64,000 bases of DNA from a phage, in the sequence record PQ478073.1, one strand, 5' to 3'. The number at the start of each line of letters is the position of its first letter. Position 1 is the stretch's first letter. The notes beneath the pieces were generated by a model. It was given only the letters and a program-made list of their open reading frames with translations, had not been told where the DNA came from and made no database searches. A program made the position numbers and the translations under genes. Shown piece by piece: positions 23,325-33,357 of this stretch.

Positions 23325-24113
23325 ATGAGCAACATTTTCTTCAAAACTATTTCTTTCAAAAAAGCATCTTACTCCTACGCCTACGTTGATGGTAAAGTGC
23401 TTAATATTGTACTGGATGGTGTTGACGTACCAGTTGAATTTAAAACACATGAAGAAGCAGTTGAAGGTGCTAAAGAATTGAATTCAATTCTTAATGGTGA
23501 AGTAAGTCAAAAACAACATGTAAAATCTGATTTAGATGTACTTTTGGAAAAAATCAAAACTGGTGAAGTATTAGAAATTTTAGACAACTGTAATGAAAAA
23601 CTTCGTAATGTAGTTAATAATGTTCGTGACCAGATTCAAGAAAAAGCACTAGAGCAAGCATTCAAACATGTATCCAAGAATGCTGAATCTCGTATTGACG
23701 GTATGGTTAAAAATCTTGATGATGTACTATCCCATCTCTTTACTAAAGAATACGAACAAGAAGTTGAAGAAGAACCAGTAAAAGAAACTAAAAAAGAAAA
23801 ACGTAGCTTTGGCTCAGGTGATGATGTGTTTGGTTTTACGAATGTCAGAACAAGTGCAGATGAACCAAAAGAAATTAGTGAGATGCTCATTGGTGACATG
23901 ACAACTAAGCAGCTTCGTAATGAAATTGACAAGTTTGTAACTAGTTGTATCAAATCAGAACGTGCACAAAGTATGTTTAAAAGCATTAGTGAGAACTTTG
24001 GTCCAGAAGCAACTGAGCAGGCACTAACTGCATTTAAAGAATTGATTTATAATGTAGCCATTAGCAATCCAGATAAAACACTTGAAGAAGTTCTACGTGA
24101 CAATTTCAAATAA
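23325..24113 (+). CDS. hypothetical acidic coiled-coil protein
   Basis: start moved to ATG 23325 with SD AAGGAG. Confidence 0.55.
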   Translation: MSNIFFKTISFKKASYSYAYVDGKVLNIVLDGVDVPVEFKTHEEAVEGAKELNSILNGEVSQKQHVKSDLDVLLEKIKTGEVLEILDNCNEKLRNVVNNVRDQIQEKALEQAFKHVSKNAESRIDGMVKNLDDVLSHLFTKEYEQEVEEEPVKETKKEKRSFGSGDDVFGFTNVRTSADEPKEISEMLIGDMTTKQLRNEIDKFVTSCIKSERAQSMFKSISENFGPEATEQALTAFKELIYNVAISNPDKTLEEVLRDNFK

Positions 24114-24128
24114 TTAGATAAAATTAAA

Positions 24129-24154
24129 GCCACTACAATGTAGTGGCTTTTTTT
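24129..24154. terminator. bidirectional intrinsic terminator between convergent genes
   Basis: stem GCCACTA/TAGTGGC, loop CAATG, T-run on + strand and A/T-run on - strand. Confidence 0.6.
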
Positions 24155-24155
24155 A

Positions 24156-25310
24156 TTATGCGTTGTAACCAACTATTACGACTGAGCAGTCAAGCGGTTC
24201 TACTACTTTAAGAATTACATTATCATCTTCATCCACTTGTATTTCACTATGAACTACATGATTGTCTGAAGAATATAATTGAACTTGTGGTAGTGCTTTA
24301 CCATGTTCAGTTACTGGAACTGAGATAGAGTACATAGAGTCTTCACCGAGAACCCACTCACTTAAAGTATATTCTTTATGGAAAGGAGTAGTATGCAGTG
24401 TTTTTCCGATTATACTCAAAGAAACAGGTAAATTATCAGTTTGATACACAGTAATATTACCTTCTGCGTCTACAGAAAGATCTACACCAACTTGATATAA
24501 GTCACCACTGTATGCTTGAAGTGCTAAGTACTGTCCACGATCATGAACATCAAATGGAACAACCGCAGAAAATACACCTTCCGAAACAGGTTCAAATTGG
24601 GATAGAAGAACTGATGTAACAAAATCAATATCCTCACCACTTTCAAGAACATCAAATTCCACCACTTTAGTGTTATAATATGGAGAAGTGAGTGTAGCAG
24701 TACCTTTCCCTGATTGTGTGATAACATCAACTGGAATTGTAAATGCATCATTAACAAATTGGGTAGTAAAGTATTCTGTCCCGTCTGGTAATACGATTGT
24801 TATTACCATACCGTTAGTATCAATTTCTGAACCAGTGTTGAATAATTTACCACTAATTGAGTCATTACCAACAAATACTGGTGAAATGAGAATATTATCT
24901 ATATCACGATCTATAATACCACATTCAGGTGTATACATATGATACAAGGTTTGTGAACTACCTAAAATTGTTTTATGTAGCATAAATTTATATACAAATC
25001 CAGTATCAGTTTCTTGTGGCTCTTCAGAATATCCACGAACAAAGAAACAATTTTTATTAATTTCACTTAATAGTTGGTCATTAGTTTTATTGTAATTTAA
25101 TAGATAACCTTTATTATCTTTAGTTGTTATTTGTACTTTACGATATATTATATTAGTTCTTGGATCAACTAAATCATATAATCTATGGCTTCTTTGGCGA
25201 TAGATTCTAATATTTTTTAGTCTAGTTCCATCATTGAGGATTGCACCATCAACAACATAACCACATTCACCAAACTTATAGCGTCCAGCCGCAGCAATTG
25301 ACCTTGACAT
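24156..25310 (-). CDS. hypothetical beta-rich protein (possible structural or adhesin-like)
   Basis: 384-aa ORF on - strand with SD GGAGGG and TATAAT upstream. Confidence 0.65.
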   Translation of the reverse strand: MSRSIAAAGRYKFGECGYVVDGAILNDGTRLKNIRIYRQRSHRLYDLVDPRTNIIYRKVQITTKDNKGYLLNYNKTNDQLLSEINKNCFFVRGYSEEPQETDTGFVYKFMLHKTILGSSQTLYHMYTPECGIIDRDIDNILISPVFVGNDSISGKLFNTGSEIDTNGMVITIVLPDGTEYFTTQFVNDAFTIPVDVITQSGKGTATLTSPYYNTKVVEFDVLESGEDIDFVTSVLLSQFEPVSEGVFSAVVPFDVHDRGQYLALQAYSGDLYQVGVDLSVDAEGNITVYQTDNLPVSLSIIGKTLHTTPFHKEYTLSEWVLGEDSMYSISVPVTEHGKALPQVQLYSSDNHVVHSEIQVDEDDNVILKVVEPLDCSVVIVGYNA

Positions 25311-25370
25311 TTATCCCTCCATTGGTATAATTATTATAACGTATTTATTATGCATATCCAAAAAATGAGC

Positions 25371-25399
25371 TTGACTGGTGTATGATTTGGTGTTATCAT
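25371..25399 (+). promoter_or_regulatory. putative promoter TTGACT-N17-TATCAT (divergent region)
   Basis: hexamers upstream of 25427 gene. Confidence 0.4.
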
Positions 25400-25426
25400 G
25401 TAGTGAATGAATAATGAGGTGTTTTT

Positions 25427-26011
25427 ATGAATGTTATTGATAATAGATTAGTACTGAAAAATGGAAAAATGACTGTTAAGTTATATAAAGATGAAGCTGA
25501 TTCCTTTATGGCAAAAGCGATTGAAAAATCAGAAAGATATAAACTTTTGGCTCCAGCAAGTAAATCGCCATATGGTTTTAATCATGCACATAGTCATTTT
25601 GTTGGTATGGTGTGTGAGCACGCATCTTTAGTACTTTTTAATGAAATTGAAAACAATACTGGTATTAAACTTAATATCGATCCAGCATTCCAAAATGAAG
25701 CACGTGACGGTGAATGTGATATTAAGGTAAACAATCTTCGTATTGAAGTAAAAGGTATCAAGTATAAATCATGGACTGACTTTGGACCATGTGTTAGTAC
25801 TCGACAGTTAAAAAATATCCAGAAAAAAGCTGACGTAATACTATGGGTATTGTATAATGAGAAAAAACAAGAGTTCACGTTTGAGGGATTCAACTATGTA
25901 AAAGATATTAGTTCTATCCCAGTTGTCCTCACTGGTGTACCAGGGCGACCAATGATTGAAAATCACCCAGTACTCGGTATTATGAAACCACTACAGGAGT
26001 TACCATTGTGA
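25427..26011 (+). CDS. hypothetical protein, possible PD-(D/E)xK nuclease fold
   Basis: 194 aa; D-x-n-E-V-K pattern (GECDIKV ... LRIEVKG). Confidence 0.5.
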   Translation: MNVIDNRLVLKNGKMTVKLYKDEADSFMAKAIEKSERYKLLAPASKSPYGFNHAHSHFVGMVCEHASLVLFNEIENNTGIKLNIDPAFQNEARDGECDIKVNNLRIEVKGIKYKSWTDFGPCVSTRQLKNIQKKADVILWVLYNEKKQEFTFEGFNYVKDISSIPVVLTGVPGRPMIENHPVLGIMKPLQELPL

Positions 26012-26235
26012 TTACTGCAACTGTATATCAAGATATCAATGAAGAATTTCATTCTAAAATTGCGTTCTTATCATTTCCTGTACTCCCAGTAGTTGGGTCA
26101 ACGTTGAATCTTACCATTTGTGGGTTTGAGAAATATTATAAAGTTCTAGATATTGAGTACTGTGCTGATGTGTATTCATGTAATAGTGAAATTGCAATTC
26201 CAGTATCAATCGATATTATTGTAAAAGAGGTTTGA
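26008..26235 (+). CDS. hypothetical protein
   Basis: ORF 75 aa, GTG start with AGGAG SD. Confidence 0.4.
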   Translation: MITATVYQDINEEFHSKIAFLSFPVLPVVGSTLNLTICGFEKYYKVLDIEYCADVYSCNSEIAIPVSIDIIVKEV

Positions 26236-26237
26236 TT

Positions 26238-26693
26238 ATGTTTAAGAATTTTATGGTTATCGTAGCAGTACTGTTTGGCACATCATGTTTTATTTCCCCA
26301 GTACACGCAGAAGAACAACGTCAAACTATTAAAACTATTGGGACTGGTAAAACTCCCCCTAAACGTACTGCTGACGAATACATGCCTGAAATGCGTGAAC
26401 GTTATCGTCAGACATACAGGGAAAAACATGCTAATGATAAACCCATCAAGAAGCATAAATGGGAAGTTGTTAAATCTCCTTCATTTTGTGCTGGATATGC
26501 TAAAGTAAAGATTGAGCAGCACAAAAACCAGTACTATAAAGATATGTATTCCTTCTATGACTCCAGAATTTCTGACACAGATATGATGGCAGGGAAGGTT
26601 GATAAAGAAGAATTTCTACAAGGCTATGATATGATGGACGATGACAAAATCATGGAATGCGTTGAAGTGTATGAAAAATACAGAGGCTTCTGA
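26238..26693 (+). CDS. secreted/periplasmic hypothetical protein
   Basis: start at ATG 26238 (SD AAGAGG); N-terminal signal peptide ending VHA-EEQ. Confidence 0.55.
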   Translation: MFKNFMVIVAVLFGTSCFISPVHAEEQRQTIKTIGTGKTPPKRTADEYMPEMRERYRQTYREKHANDKPIKKHKWEVVKSPSFCAGYAKVKIEQHKNQYYKDMYSFYDSRISDTDMMAGKVDKEEFLQGYDMMDDDKIMECVEVYEKYRGF

Positions 26694-27169
26694 TGTTAAC
26701 AATAGTGTTGTTGGTAAGTCCATTTGTGTATTTTGTGCTGTATAATATTTTTAGTAATGCTAATCATTTTAAATATGCACAAACAATTGCAAAACATGAA
26801 GGATTTTGGAATTTTTTCCCAGCGTTACTATGCTCATATCTATACCATGAACGCTATTTCATTTTTCCTGAATATAAAAATTATGGTTATGATTCTAAAG
26901 TAAATGGTATAATTGAGTACTGTATAAGAAATTATCTTAATAATAATGATAACGTCCAAGTAAGAATAGGAAATGGTAATATATCAAGAATAGTTTTCAT
27001 ACCTGATATACAAGACCCAATATACTTATATCCATATGATTATAGTATTAGTGTAGGTTGTTCGATACATGGTAGTAAATCTATGTACGATTACTTTATC
27101 TTACCACCAACACAAATTAAATTAATAGAAAAATATTTGAGGGAAAAGTTTGACAACAAAGATTCTTAG
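26693..27169 (+). CDS. membrane-anchored hypothetical protein
   Basis: ORF 158 aa; N-terminal TM helix. Confidence 0.5.
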   Translation: MLTIVLLVSPFVYFVLYNIFSNANHFKYAQTIAKHEGFWNFFPALLCSYLYHERYFIFPEYKNYGYDSKVNGIIEYCIRNYLNNNDNVQVRIGNGNISRIVFIPDIQDPIYLYPYDYSISVGCSIHGSKSMYDYFILPPTQIKLIEKYLREKFDNKDS

Positions 27170-27210
27170 TATTATAATTAACACACCAAGTAACCCAAGG
27201 GGGATGGAAA

Positions 27211-27669
27211 ATGGATGTATTAGCTACAAATTTCAAACGTAATGTTGAAGAGCGTGAAGGTTATTTTAGTATTAGTGAAGTTGTCGATGACAATTTTAAA
27301 CAATACATTTTTAATAGTGCAATTAAATTAAAATGCACAAAAGATTCACCTGATCGTAGCTTTACTAAATGGATTGCGTATTGGGAAGATTCACCAGTTG
27401 CAATTGAAATGACTGTGATTACAACAGTACTTGAAACTGGTTACATCAAAGCCATTATAGTTGATAAGAAAGTCCGTACTCTTGATGAAATTAATCCATA
27501 TCCAGCCCGAAATTCTAAAGTTTTTGGTGTGTTGGTTGATGGTAAATTTATGATAGAAAAAGATGCAAAGGAATATGTAATTAATAAACTTCAAACTACA
27601 TCAGAAAAAAAGGAAGTAGTGGACCAAAACTCTGTTGATGCAATCAAAAAAGCATGGGGACTAAAGTAA
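27211..27669 (+). CDS. hypothetical protein
   Basis: ORF 152 aa; SD AGGGGGA. Confidence 0.55.
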   Translation: MDVLATNFKRNVEEREGYFSISEVVDDNFKQYIFNSAIKLKCTKDSPDRSFTKWIAYWEDSPVAIEMTVITTVLETGYIKAIIVDKKVRTLDEINPYPARNSKVFGVLVDGKFMIEKDAKEYVINKLQTTSEKKEVVDQNSVDAIKKAWGLK

Positions 27670-27670
27670 T

Positions 27671-28093
27671 ATGTTCACACTAAGTAATGCAAAATATCTT
27701 TTTCTTATTAGTATTATTGGTTGGGTTATGGCTCCAGTGCTAAATGCACTGGGGTTTTCCGATGAACATAAACTTGTAAATGTTTCAGGTTTAATTCAGG
27801 GTATTTCATGGTATACATTAATTACATTTTCAGTGTGCATCAATACATTTGCCCGTGATTATCGACGTTTGTTATATCTGAAAGTATTTGGAACTACACG
27901 ATATAGTTTTGTTTACACTTTCATTTTATTACCGTGCATGTTATATGCATTTGTATTTGATTACTATACATATCTATGGGTATGTGGAACTATGTTTGTT
28001 ATGTTGGAATACATCAGAACTGTTCAAAACTCATATGCCGATGAGTTTCATGATCTAGAAGTTAAACGAAAATTAACGGAGCTAAACAAATGA
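27671..28093 (+). CDS. integral membrane protein
   Basis: ORF 140 aa; multiple hydrophobic helices. Confidence 0.5.
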   Translation: MFTLSNAKYLFLISIIGWVMAPVLNALGFSDEHKLVNVSGLIQGISWYTLITFSVCINTFARDYRRLLYLKVFGTTRYSFVYTFILLPCMLYAFVFDYYTYLWVCGTMFVMLEYIRTVQNSYADEFHDLEVKRKLTELNK

Positions 28094-28515
28094 GAGGCTA
28101 TAATAAGATTTGTATTTTTGTATTTTTAGTTTGTGCATTCAATTCGTTTGGTTACTACTGTACAGAAAATAATATTTCATATGGTTTAAATCCTTTGTGG
28201 TTTACAATTTCCAATGTAGCACAAATTGGTATTGCTCTTATGTCTGCACTTATGTTCTGTCCAATTGTCACTATGGATACGGATCATGAAAGGCTTGGAT
28301 TTCTCCGTGATACTGGAGACGAACCTTACAGTAGATTGATTGTGTTGTATCCATTTATTGTTATTTTAGGTACTAACATCCAACTTGGGTCATTATCTAA
28401 TAGTGTTACATCAGCAGCTATTGCTATATTTGCATTCACATTTTTTATGGTACACAAATCAGTACTTAATTGGTATATCACAAAAATGGCAGAAGAAGGT
28501 ACTAAAAATACTTGA
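28090..28515 (+). CDS. integral membrane protein
   Basis: ORF 141 aa; hydrophobic helices; ATGA overlap. Confidence 0.5.
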   Translation: MRGYNKICIFVFLVCAFNSFGYYCTENNISYGLNPLWFTISNVAQIGIALMSALMFCPIVTMDTDHERLGFLRDTGDEPYSRLIVLYPFIVILGTNIQLGSLSNSVTSAAIAIFAFTFFMVHKSVLNWYITKMAEEGTKNT

Positions 28516-28540
28516 CATAATTTAGTATGTTATATATAAT
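28512..28540 (+). promoter_or_regulatory. sigma70-type promoter TTGACA-N17-TATAAT
   Basis: consensus hexamers upstream of 28575 gene. Confidence 0.6.
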
Positions 28541-28574
28541 TATTTTGTTAAAAACAAATTAGAGTAAGGAACTT

Positions 28575-28826
28575 ATGAACATCGATACGGTCAAAGAACT
28601 TAGTGCTGCACTAATTAAGAATGAAGAAGTTTGTGAAGAACTTCGCAGTACTATCAAAGTTGAGTACGCACGACTCCAAGGTATGCTTCAAGAATCAGAA
28701 TGGGTAGTAACTAAATCTATCGAAGCAATCTATAAGGATATCGAATCCCTTTTCAACAAGAAAAGTAAGATTGAATCTGATTCATATAACAAACGTAAAG
28801 AGTTATCTACTGCACTTGGTATCTAA
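28575..28826 (+). CDS. hypothetical protein
   Basis: ORF 83 aa; SD AAGGAA. Confidence 0.55.
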   Translation: MNIDTVKELSAALIKNEEVCEELRSTIKVEYARLQGMLQESEWVVTKSIEAIYKDIESLFNKKSKIESDSYNKRKELSTALGI

Positions 28827-28900
28827 AAGTATTTGAGATAACAAATAATATGGAGTACAATGTGCTCCTAATTTAATTATCAGCTAAAAAGGAAAACATT

Positions 28901-29161
28901 ATGAAATCTATTCTCGTTGCAGTTAACCTGGTTGCTTCCCCATCTTTCAACTTCAAACAAGTTGTTGCTGATAATCTGAAGAAGATCTGTCCAAACGCTG
29001 AATTAACTTTCTGTGTGTTTGATTCAGAAAAAGTAACTAAAGTTGATCTAAACTATCTTTTGAACGAAGTAAAAAGCGTTTCTGGTGAAAGTAACTTAAA
29101 AGTTCTTCATGATATTGCAGAAGATTATGATGACACTCTAGTAATTTCGGAGAAATTCTAA
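28901..29161 (+). CDS. hypothetical protein
   Basis: ORF 86 aa; SD AAGGAAA. Confidence 0.55.
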   Translation: MKSILVAVNLVASPSFNFKQVVADNLKKICPNAELTFCVFDSEKVTKVDLNYLLNEVKSVSGESNLKVLHDIAEDYDDTLVISEKF

Positions 29162-29166
29162 ATCAA

Positions 29167-29586
29167 ATGATTACATTCATTCAGTACTTAATCATTAAAT
29201 TTTTTGGCTATCATACGATTGAAGGCAAAGCTACACTCGCACATAAAATCTTTGTAGCATTATGTACGGGTGATTATGACGTATTGAATAAGTACTGTAA
29301 ATCTAAAGCATGTATTGATATAATGGCACTTCGTATCTATGAGTGCCGTTCCAATAGATACAATTTTTACCAATACAGATTTGATGAAAAAGAATTTGAT
29401 AGCATCAAAATGCTTAAGAATTTATGTAACAATAAAAAGAATATGCATATATCAGAATTTGTTGCTTTGTATTTTTATTTAAAAAGTTCATTGTATATGA
29501 ACACAATGCAAAGATTCGATACTAGAATTAATGTATTCACCGATAAAGAATTTTATATATACGATAAATTCTTAGATAAGGTTTAA
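29167..29586 (+). CDS. hypothetical protein
   Basis: ORF 139 aa. Confidence 0.5.
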   Translation: MITFIQYLIIKFFGYHTIEGKATLAHKIFVALCTGDYDVLNKYCKSKACIDIMALRIYECRSNRYNFYQYRFDEKEFDSIKMLKNLCNNKKNMHISEFVALYFYLKSSLYMNTMQRFDTRINVFTDKEFYIYDKFLDKV

Positions 29587-29587
29587 T

Positions 29588-30085
29588 ATGACAACTGTTT
29601 ATATTGATAAACGATTAAATTTATTGATTACCGATTCTAGAGTTACGTCAACTATACCACGAAACTTATTTGGTTTTTTCCCACTAAGACCAAAATATCA
29701 ATATGGAGTTGTTAATCAAAAAACTTTATATGTACATGACCGTTTATTCAGTGCTAGTGGGGTAGTAAGTGAAATTGATAAAGTACTGGATTGGTTAATT
29801 AATAAAGTACCAGTTATACCTGACAGAAAGTTAAGTTGCCATTGTGTGCTTCTTTCTAAAGATTATGTTATTCATATGATTTTAACTAAAGGAAAGTTTA
29901 TTAAAAAACTTGAATATCTACATGAAGACTACACTTTCTTTATGGGAAGTGGTGGAGAATACATGCTAGATGCTGCTATTCATGAAGAACATACAACTTT
30001 ATATGATAAAGTGTTTAGTACTTTCATGGATGTGCACAACCATGATTGCTTCACAGATGATAATATTAATGTATATCGATTTTGA
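29588..30085 (+). CDS. hypothetical protein
   Basis: ORF 165 aa. Confidence 0.5.
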   Translation: MTTVYIDKRLNLLITDSRVTSTIPRNLFGFFPLRPKYQYGVVNQKTLYVHDRLFSASGVVSEIDKVLDWLINKVPVIPDRKLSCHCVLLSKDYVIHMILTKGKFIKKLEYLHEDYTFFMGSGGEYMLDAAIHEEHTTLYDKVFSTFMDVHNHDCFTDDNINVYRF

Positions 30086-30106
30086 TTTCGTCATTAGGAG
30101 ATGTAA

Positions 30107-31072
30107 GTGAAAAAGCTTGATTTAAATACAATTGCCGAAGAAGTTCTGGATGAATGTTTTGCTAATGAAGAAGTCAACACACTAGAAGCCTTAGATTTCG
30201 TTGAAGATAAAGATGATAATGAAGGTAAAGTACAAAGCAGTTTCAAATATAATATTACACTTAAGCGACCACCAAATGTTTCCAATGAAGATCTAATTCG
30301 TGATATTCAAGCTGGTATCAATGTAAAGAAAAACACTGAACTGTTAGTTCGTTACAATTATGGACTGATTATTGATGTAGCAAGTAAATGTACATGTTAT
30401 ATCCCATTTGAAGATAAGATTTCATATGGTGTTGAGGGGTTCATGAGAGCACTAAAAACCTTTGATCTTAATAAGAATGTTAAGTTCATTACCTATGCTT
30501 CTTCTAGTATTTACATGACAGTCTATAACGAAAGTTCTGACGCTAACTATATGGTACACTTCCCACGTTATATGAGTGTTCATAAGATCAAAGTAAAAAG
30601 ATTCTGTCAGGAATATATGCGTAAACATGGTGTTCGCCCAACTCCTGAAATAATCTCAGAGGGTACTGGGATTGAGATTCAGCATGTTAATAATTGTTTG
30701 TTATTTCAAAGCGAATACACTTCGCTGGATGCACCATTAGACGGTGTTACAGATGGTACATTAGGTGACATTATTCATTCACCTGCTTCTGATTTTAACC
30801 TCAATGTTGATAGTATCCGTGCACCTTTACGTTATGCTATCAATGAACTGACTAACGAATTGAGTACTAAAGAACGTGAGATTATCCAGCGTGTTCATGG
30901 TCTAGGTGAATATGAACCTGAAACGCTTCGTGAGATTGCTGATAATGGTTTTGTTGATGATAATGGAAAATATGTTAAATCCCGTTCATCAATACACCGA
31001 AAGTACAGTGAAGCTATGCAAAAGCTTAAGAAGTTAGTACTTGCAAAAGGGTACGAATACGAAGATTTCTAA
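30107..31072 (+). CDS. sigma-70 family RNA polymerase sigma factor (regions 2 and 4 recognisable)
   Basis: 321 aa, GTG start with AGGAG SD; region 2-like LVRYNYGLIIDVASKC ... VEGFMRALKTFD ... FITYASSSIYMTV; C-terminal HTH-like EREIIQRVHGL ... TLREIA ... MQKLKK. Confidence 0.65.
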   Translation: MKKLDLNTIAEEVLDECFANEEVNTLEALDFVEDKDDNEGKVQSSFKYNITLKRPPNVSNEDLIRDIQAGINVKKNTELLVRYNYGLIIDVASKCTCYIPFEDKISYGVEGFMRALKTFDLNKNVKFITYASSSIYMTVYNESSDANYMVHFPRYMSVHKIKVKRFCQEYMRKHGVRPTPEIISEGTGIEIQHVNNCLLFQSEYTSLDAPLDGVTDGTLGDIIHSPASDFNLNVDSIRAPLRYAINELTNELSTKEREIIQRVHGLGEYEPETLREIADNGFVDDNGKYVKSRSSIHRKYSEAMQKLKKLVLAKGYEYEDF

Positions 31073-31080
31073 AGAACAAG

Positions 31081-31105
31081 GGTTGGCTTATGCCAACCTT
31101 TTTTT
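31081..31105 (+). terminator. intrinsic terminator
   Basis: stem GGTTGGC/GCCAACC, loop TTAT, then TTTTTTT. Confidence 0.7.
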
Positions 31106-31629
31106 ATGGGATGAAGTAAAAGTTTGTGATATAATTATCTTGTACAATTCTGTTGGCATGATATTCATGTACCTGATCCACTCGAAAACGTAGAGGGCAG
31201 TTGAGCAGTCCGACAGTGCGAACAGCAAAAGAAACCCGTTAGATGTGGGCATAGTTTGAACCCCTCACGGCAATGCGGCTGTATAAAGAACCACGTTAGG
31301 ATAGCTGGTGGTTCCTTGATAGACATATAAGGATAACACCTTACGAATTATCTAAGGGAGAGTTATCGAATTTTGTACAGGAAAGTTGCGTCCAAAATTT
31401 GAGTACTCACATTAAGTATTTGATTGCATAGATACTTAATGAAGATACACTATGTTTAAAAGTGTAGACCGTCATATGAAACTGAAGTAGAGAGAAACAG
31501 GATGACCCGCTTTCGCACTCGTTATGAGTAATCTTCAATGCAATAGCTCTGATACCATCAGCGTCAAATTTCCCTCCTTGTGGGGGGAAGAAAAATCCCT
31601 TCCTCAAATCCCGTCAATATTAAAAGTCC

Positions 31630-31658
31630 TTGACAGTTATTAATCATTCGCGTAGAAT
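31630..31658 (+). promoter_or_regulatory. promoter TTGACA-N17-TAGAAT
   Basis: hexamers upstream of 31723 gene. Confidence 0.5.
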
Positions 31659-31722
31659 ACGTAGTATTAGAAGCGAACAGACATCTCGAAGAGATGGATG
31701 ATTAACCATTAAGGAATATCCA

Positions 31723-31932
31723 ATGAATTCAGTAATCTTTTTAGTAGTCGCTTTTTCTGTTAATTCCGGTGTACAAATAACCCCAATGAATTCCATGAAT
31801 CAATGTATAGCAGTACGTGATAGTACATACGAACAAGTAAACAAAGATATTTGGATTACAGTTAATAAAGAACAAATGTGGTGTTACAATAGTAATACTA
31901 ACACAAAGCTTATTGTAGGACAAACTCAATGA
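31723..31932 (+). CDS. small secreted/membrane protein
   Basis: ORF 69 aa; hydrophobic N-terminus; SD AAGGAA. Confidence 0.5.
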   Translation: MNSVIFLVVAFSVNSGVQITPMNSMNQCIAVRDSTYEQVNKDIWITVNKEQMWCYNSNTNTKLIVGQTQ

Positions 31933-32159
31933 GTTATGGTGTTCGTTTTGAGATTCGTTCTATTGTCATCGATGCAGAGAAACAAGTATCGTTAGATGGT
32001 GATATACGTGAAATTTATCTATCATGTATACGTGCGAAATCTGAAGCAGATGCCTTAGTACAAATGTATAGTTTTAACTTTTCAAATGGATTCTATTTGG
32101 TACGAGTTGTTGAAGTTAAAAAAGTAATTCTTGGTTGTTGCATAGAAGGAATAATGTAA
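31929..32159 (+). CDS. hypothetical protein
   Basis: ORF 76 aa; ATGA overlap. Confidence 0.5.
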   Translation: MSYGVRFEIRSIVIDAEKQVSLDGDIREIYLSCIRAKSEADALVQMYSFNFSNGFYLVRVVEVKKVILGCCIEGIM

Positions 32160-32948
32160 ATGAGCACTATCGATGAACTGATTCAACGGAATTCAAAATA
32201 TTACCAACCATCAGAAATTGTGGATAACATTACTAAATCTGAGTTTGGACCGAACACACGCAAACTCATTCATGTAATGTCACGTGATGGCTTTAAATGT
32301 GATTGTTGTGGTGAATCAAATGTAGTATTCACTTTACATAAGCACAGTACTAAAGAACGTTATAAATTCAGACCTTATGTACTTAAAGGGAAACGCCTTG
32401 TACGCATGACGTTAGACCATAATGTACTGGACTGTCTTCAGGGCGGTAATGATAAAGAGAACATGACTGCACTGTGTGAAGATTGTAACGCATTACGCCA
32501 GCATAAGTTTGCTGAATACAGTGAGTTTAAACACTGGTATCATAACGCGGATCGTTCAATCGAGCCTGACGTTAACTACTGCTTCATTGAGTACATTAAG
32601 AATGCCAAAGATACATACATTCTTAAATCAATGTCACCTATTACCGTGTTTCCTGAGAACCTATTCACTACATTAAAGAATAGTTTTATTGTAGGTGATA
32701 TTGATGCATTCAAGTATTTTGACAAAGGTGCAAAACATTTTGAAATTCAATGTCTTAGTACTGCACTATGTGAACTCATTAAAATTTACATAAAAGAGTA
32801 TTTGGGTATTGACAATGTACGTGTACCAGAGTATACTTTTTCTATTGAATTCGATTGTGAATCAATCAAAGAGTTTGGAATTCTTTTCAATAAACAAATA
32901 GAACTTGCAATTCAAAACGAAATCAAGTACTATACTACTAACATTTAA
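32160..32948 (+). CDS. HNH endonuclease domain protein
   Basis: 262 aa; CDCCGE ... H ... LDHN ... GGNDKEN ... LCEDCNALR (His-Me finger with Cys pairs). Confidence 0.7.
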   Translation: MSTIDELIQRNSKYYQPSEIVDNITKSEFGPNTRKLIHVMSRDGFKCDCCGESNVVFTLHKHSTKERYKFRPYVLKGKRLVRMTLDHNVLDCLQGGNDKENMTALCEDCNALRQHKFAEYSEFKHWYHNADRSIEPDVNYCFIEYIKNAKDTYILKSMSPITVFPENLFTTLKNSFIVGDIDAFKYFDKGAKHFEIQCLSTALCELIKIYIKEYLGIDNVRVPEYTFSIEFDCESIKEFGILFNKQIELAIQNEIKYYTTNI

Positions 32949-32963
32949 TCAGAGGAAATTATC

Positions 32964-33146
32964 ATGCAAATTATCATTCTTATCGTTGGCATCATGCTGG
33001 GTGTTTACGGTCACTCCTGGATGAACGAGAAGTTTCCTAATACGCGTCCTGAGTATTGCAGTACTAATGTATTCCAGAATGGTGAGAAACCAAAGGAAAG
33101 CATTGGTAAAAAGCTGGATAAAGTACTTGATGTGATCAATGAATAA
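32964..33146 (+). CDS. small membrane protein
   Basis: ORF 60 aa; TM helix; SD AGAGGAAA. Confidence 0.5.
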   Translation: MQIIILIVGIMLGVYGHSWMNEKFPNTRPEYCSTNVFQNGEKPKESIGKKLDKVLDVINE

Positions 33147-33357
33147 GGGCCATAAAATGTTTAAACCGAATTCCAATGTTGGTAAGAAAGTTCAATTACT
33201 TGAAGATGTATCCACCATGAGTGGAATTTTCCCAAGAGGTCACATCATGACTATTATTGCCGAAACATCCCGTGGGTGGGATTTGGAAGATGCTGATGGT
33301 AATCGCATCCTTGAGGCTGGATTCTATGGTCATCGTGAATATAAAATCATTGATTAA
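33139..33357 (+). CDS. hypothetical protein
   Basis: ORF 72 aa. Confidence 0.45.
   Translation: MNKGHKMFKPNSNVGKKVQLLEDVSTMSGIFPRGHIMTIIAETSRGWDLEDADGNRILEAGFYGHREYKIID

Noticed and set aside
24524-24942. ORFs 24524..24757 (-, other frame) and 24688..24942 (+) inside the 384-aa minus-strand gene
   Set aside because: Overlap a long ORF that has a strong SD and -10; no independent support.
31407-31607. 66-aa minus-strand ORF inside the 620-nt non-coding segment
   Set aside because: No SD or promoter context; likely chance ORF in GC-richer sequence.
31106-31722. Group I or group II intron hypothesis for the 620-nt ORF-free segment
   Set aside because: I could not find the conserved group I P7/R/S core elements or a group II domain V-like hairpin, and no flanking split gene; left as an unclassified candidate RNA.
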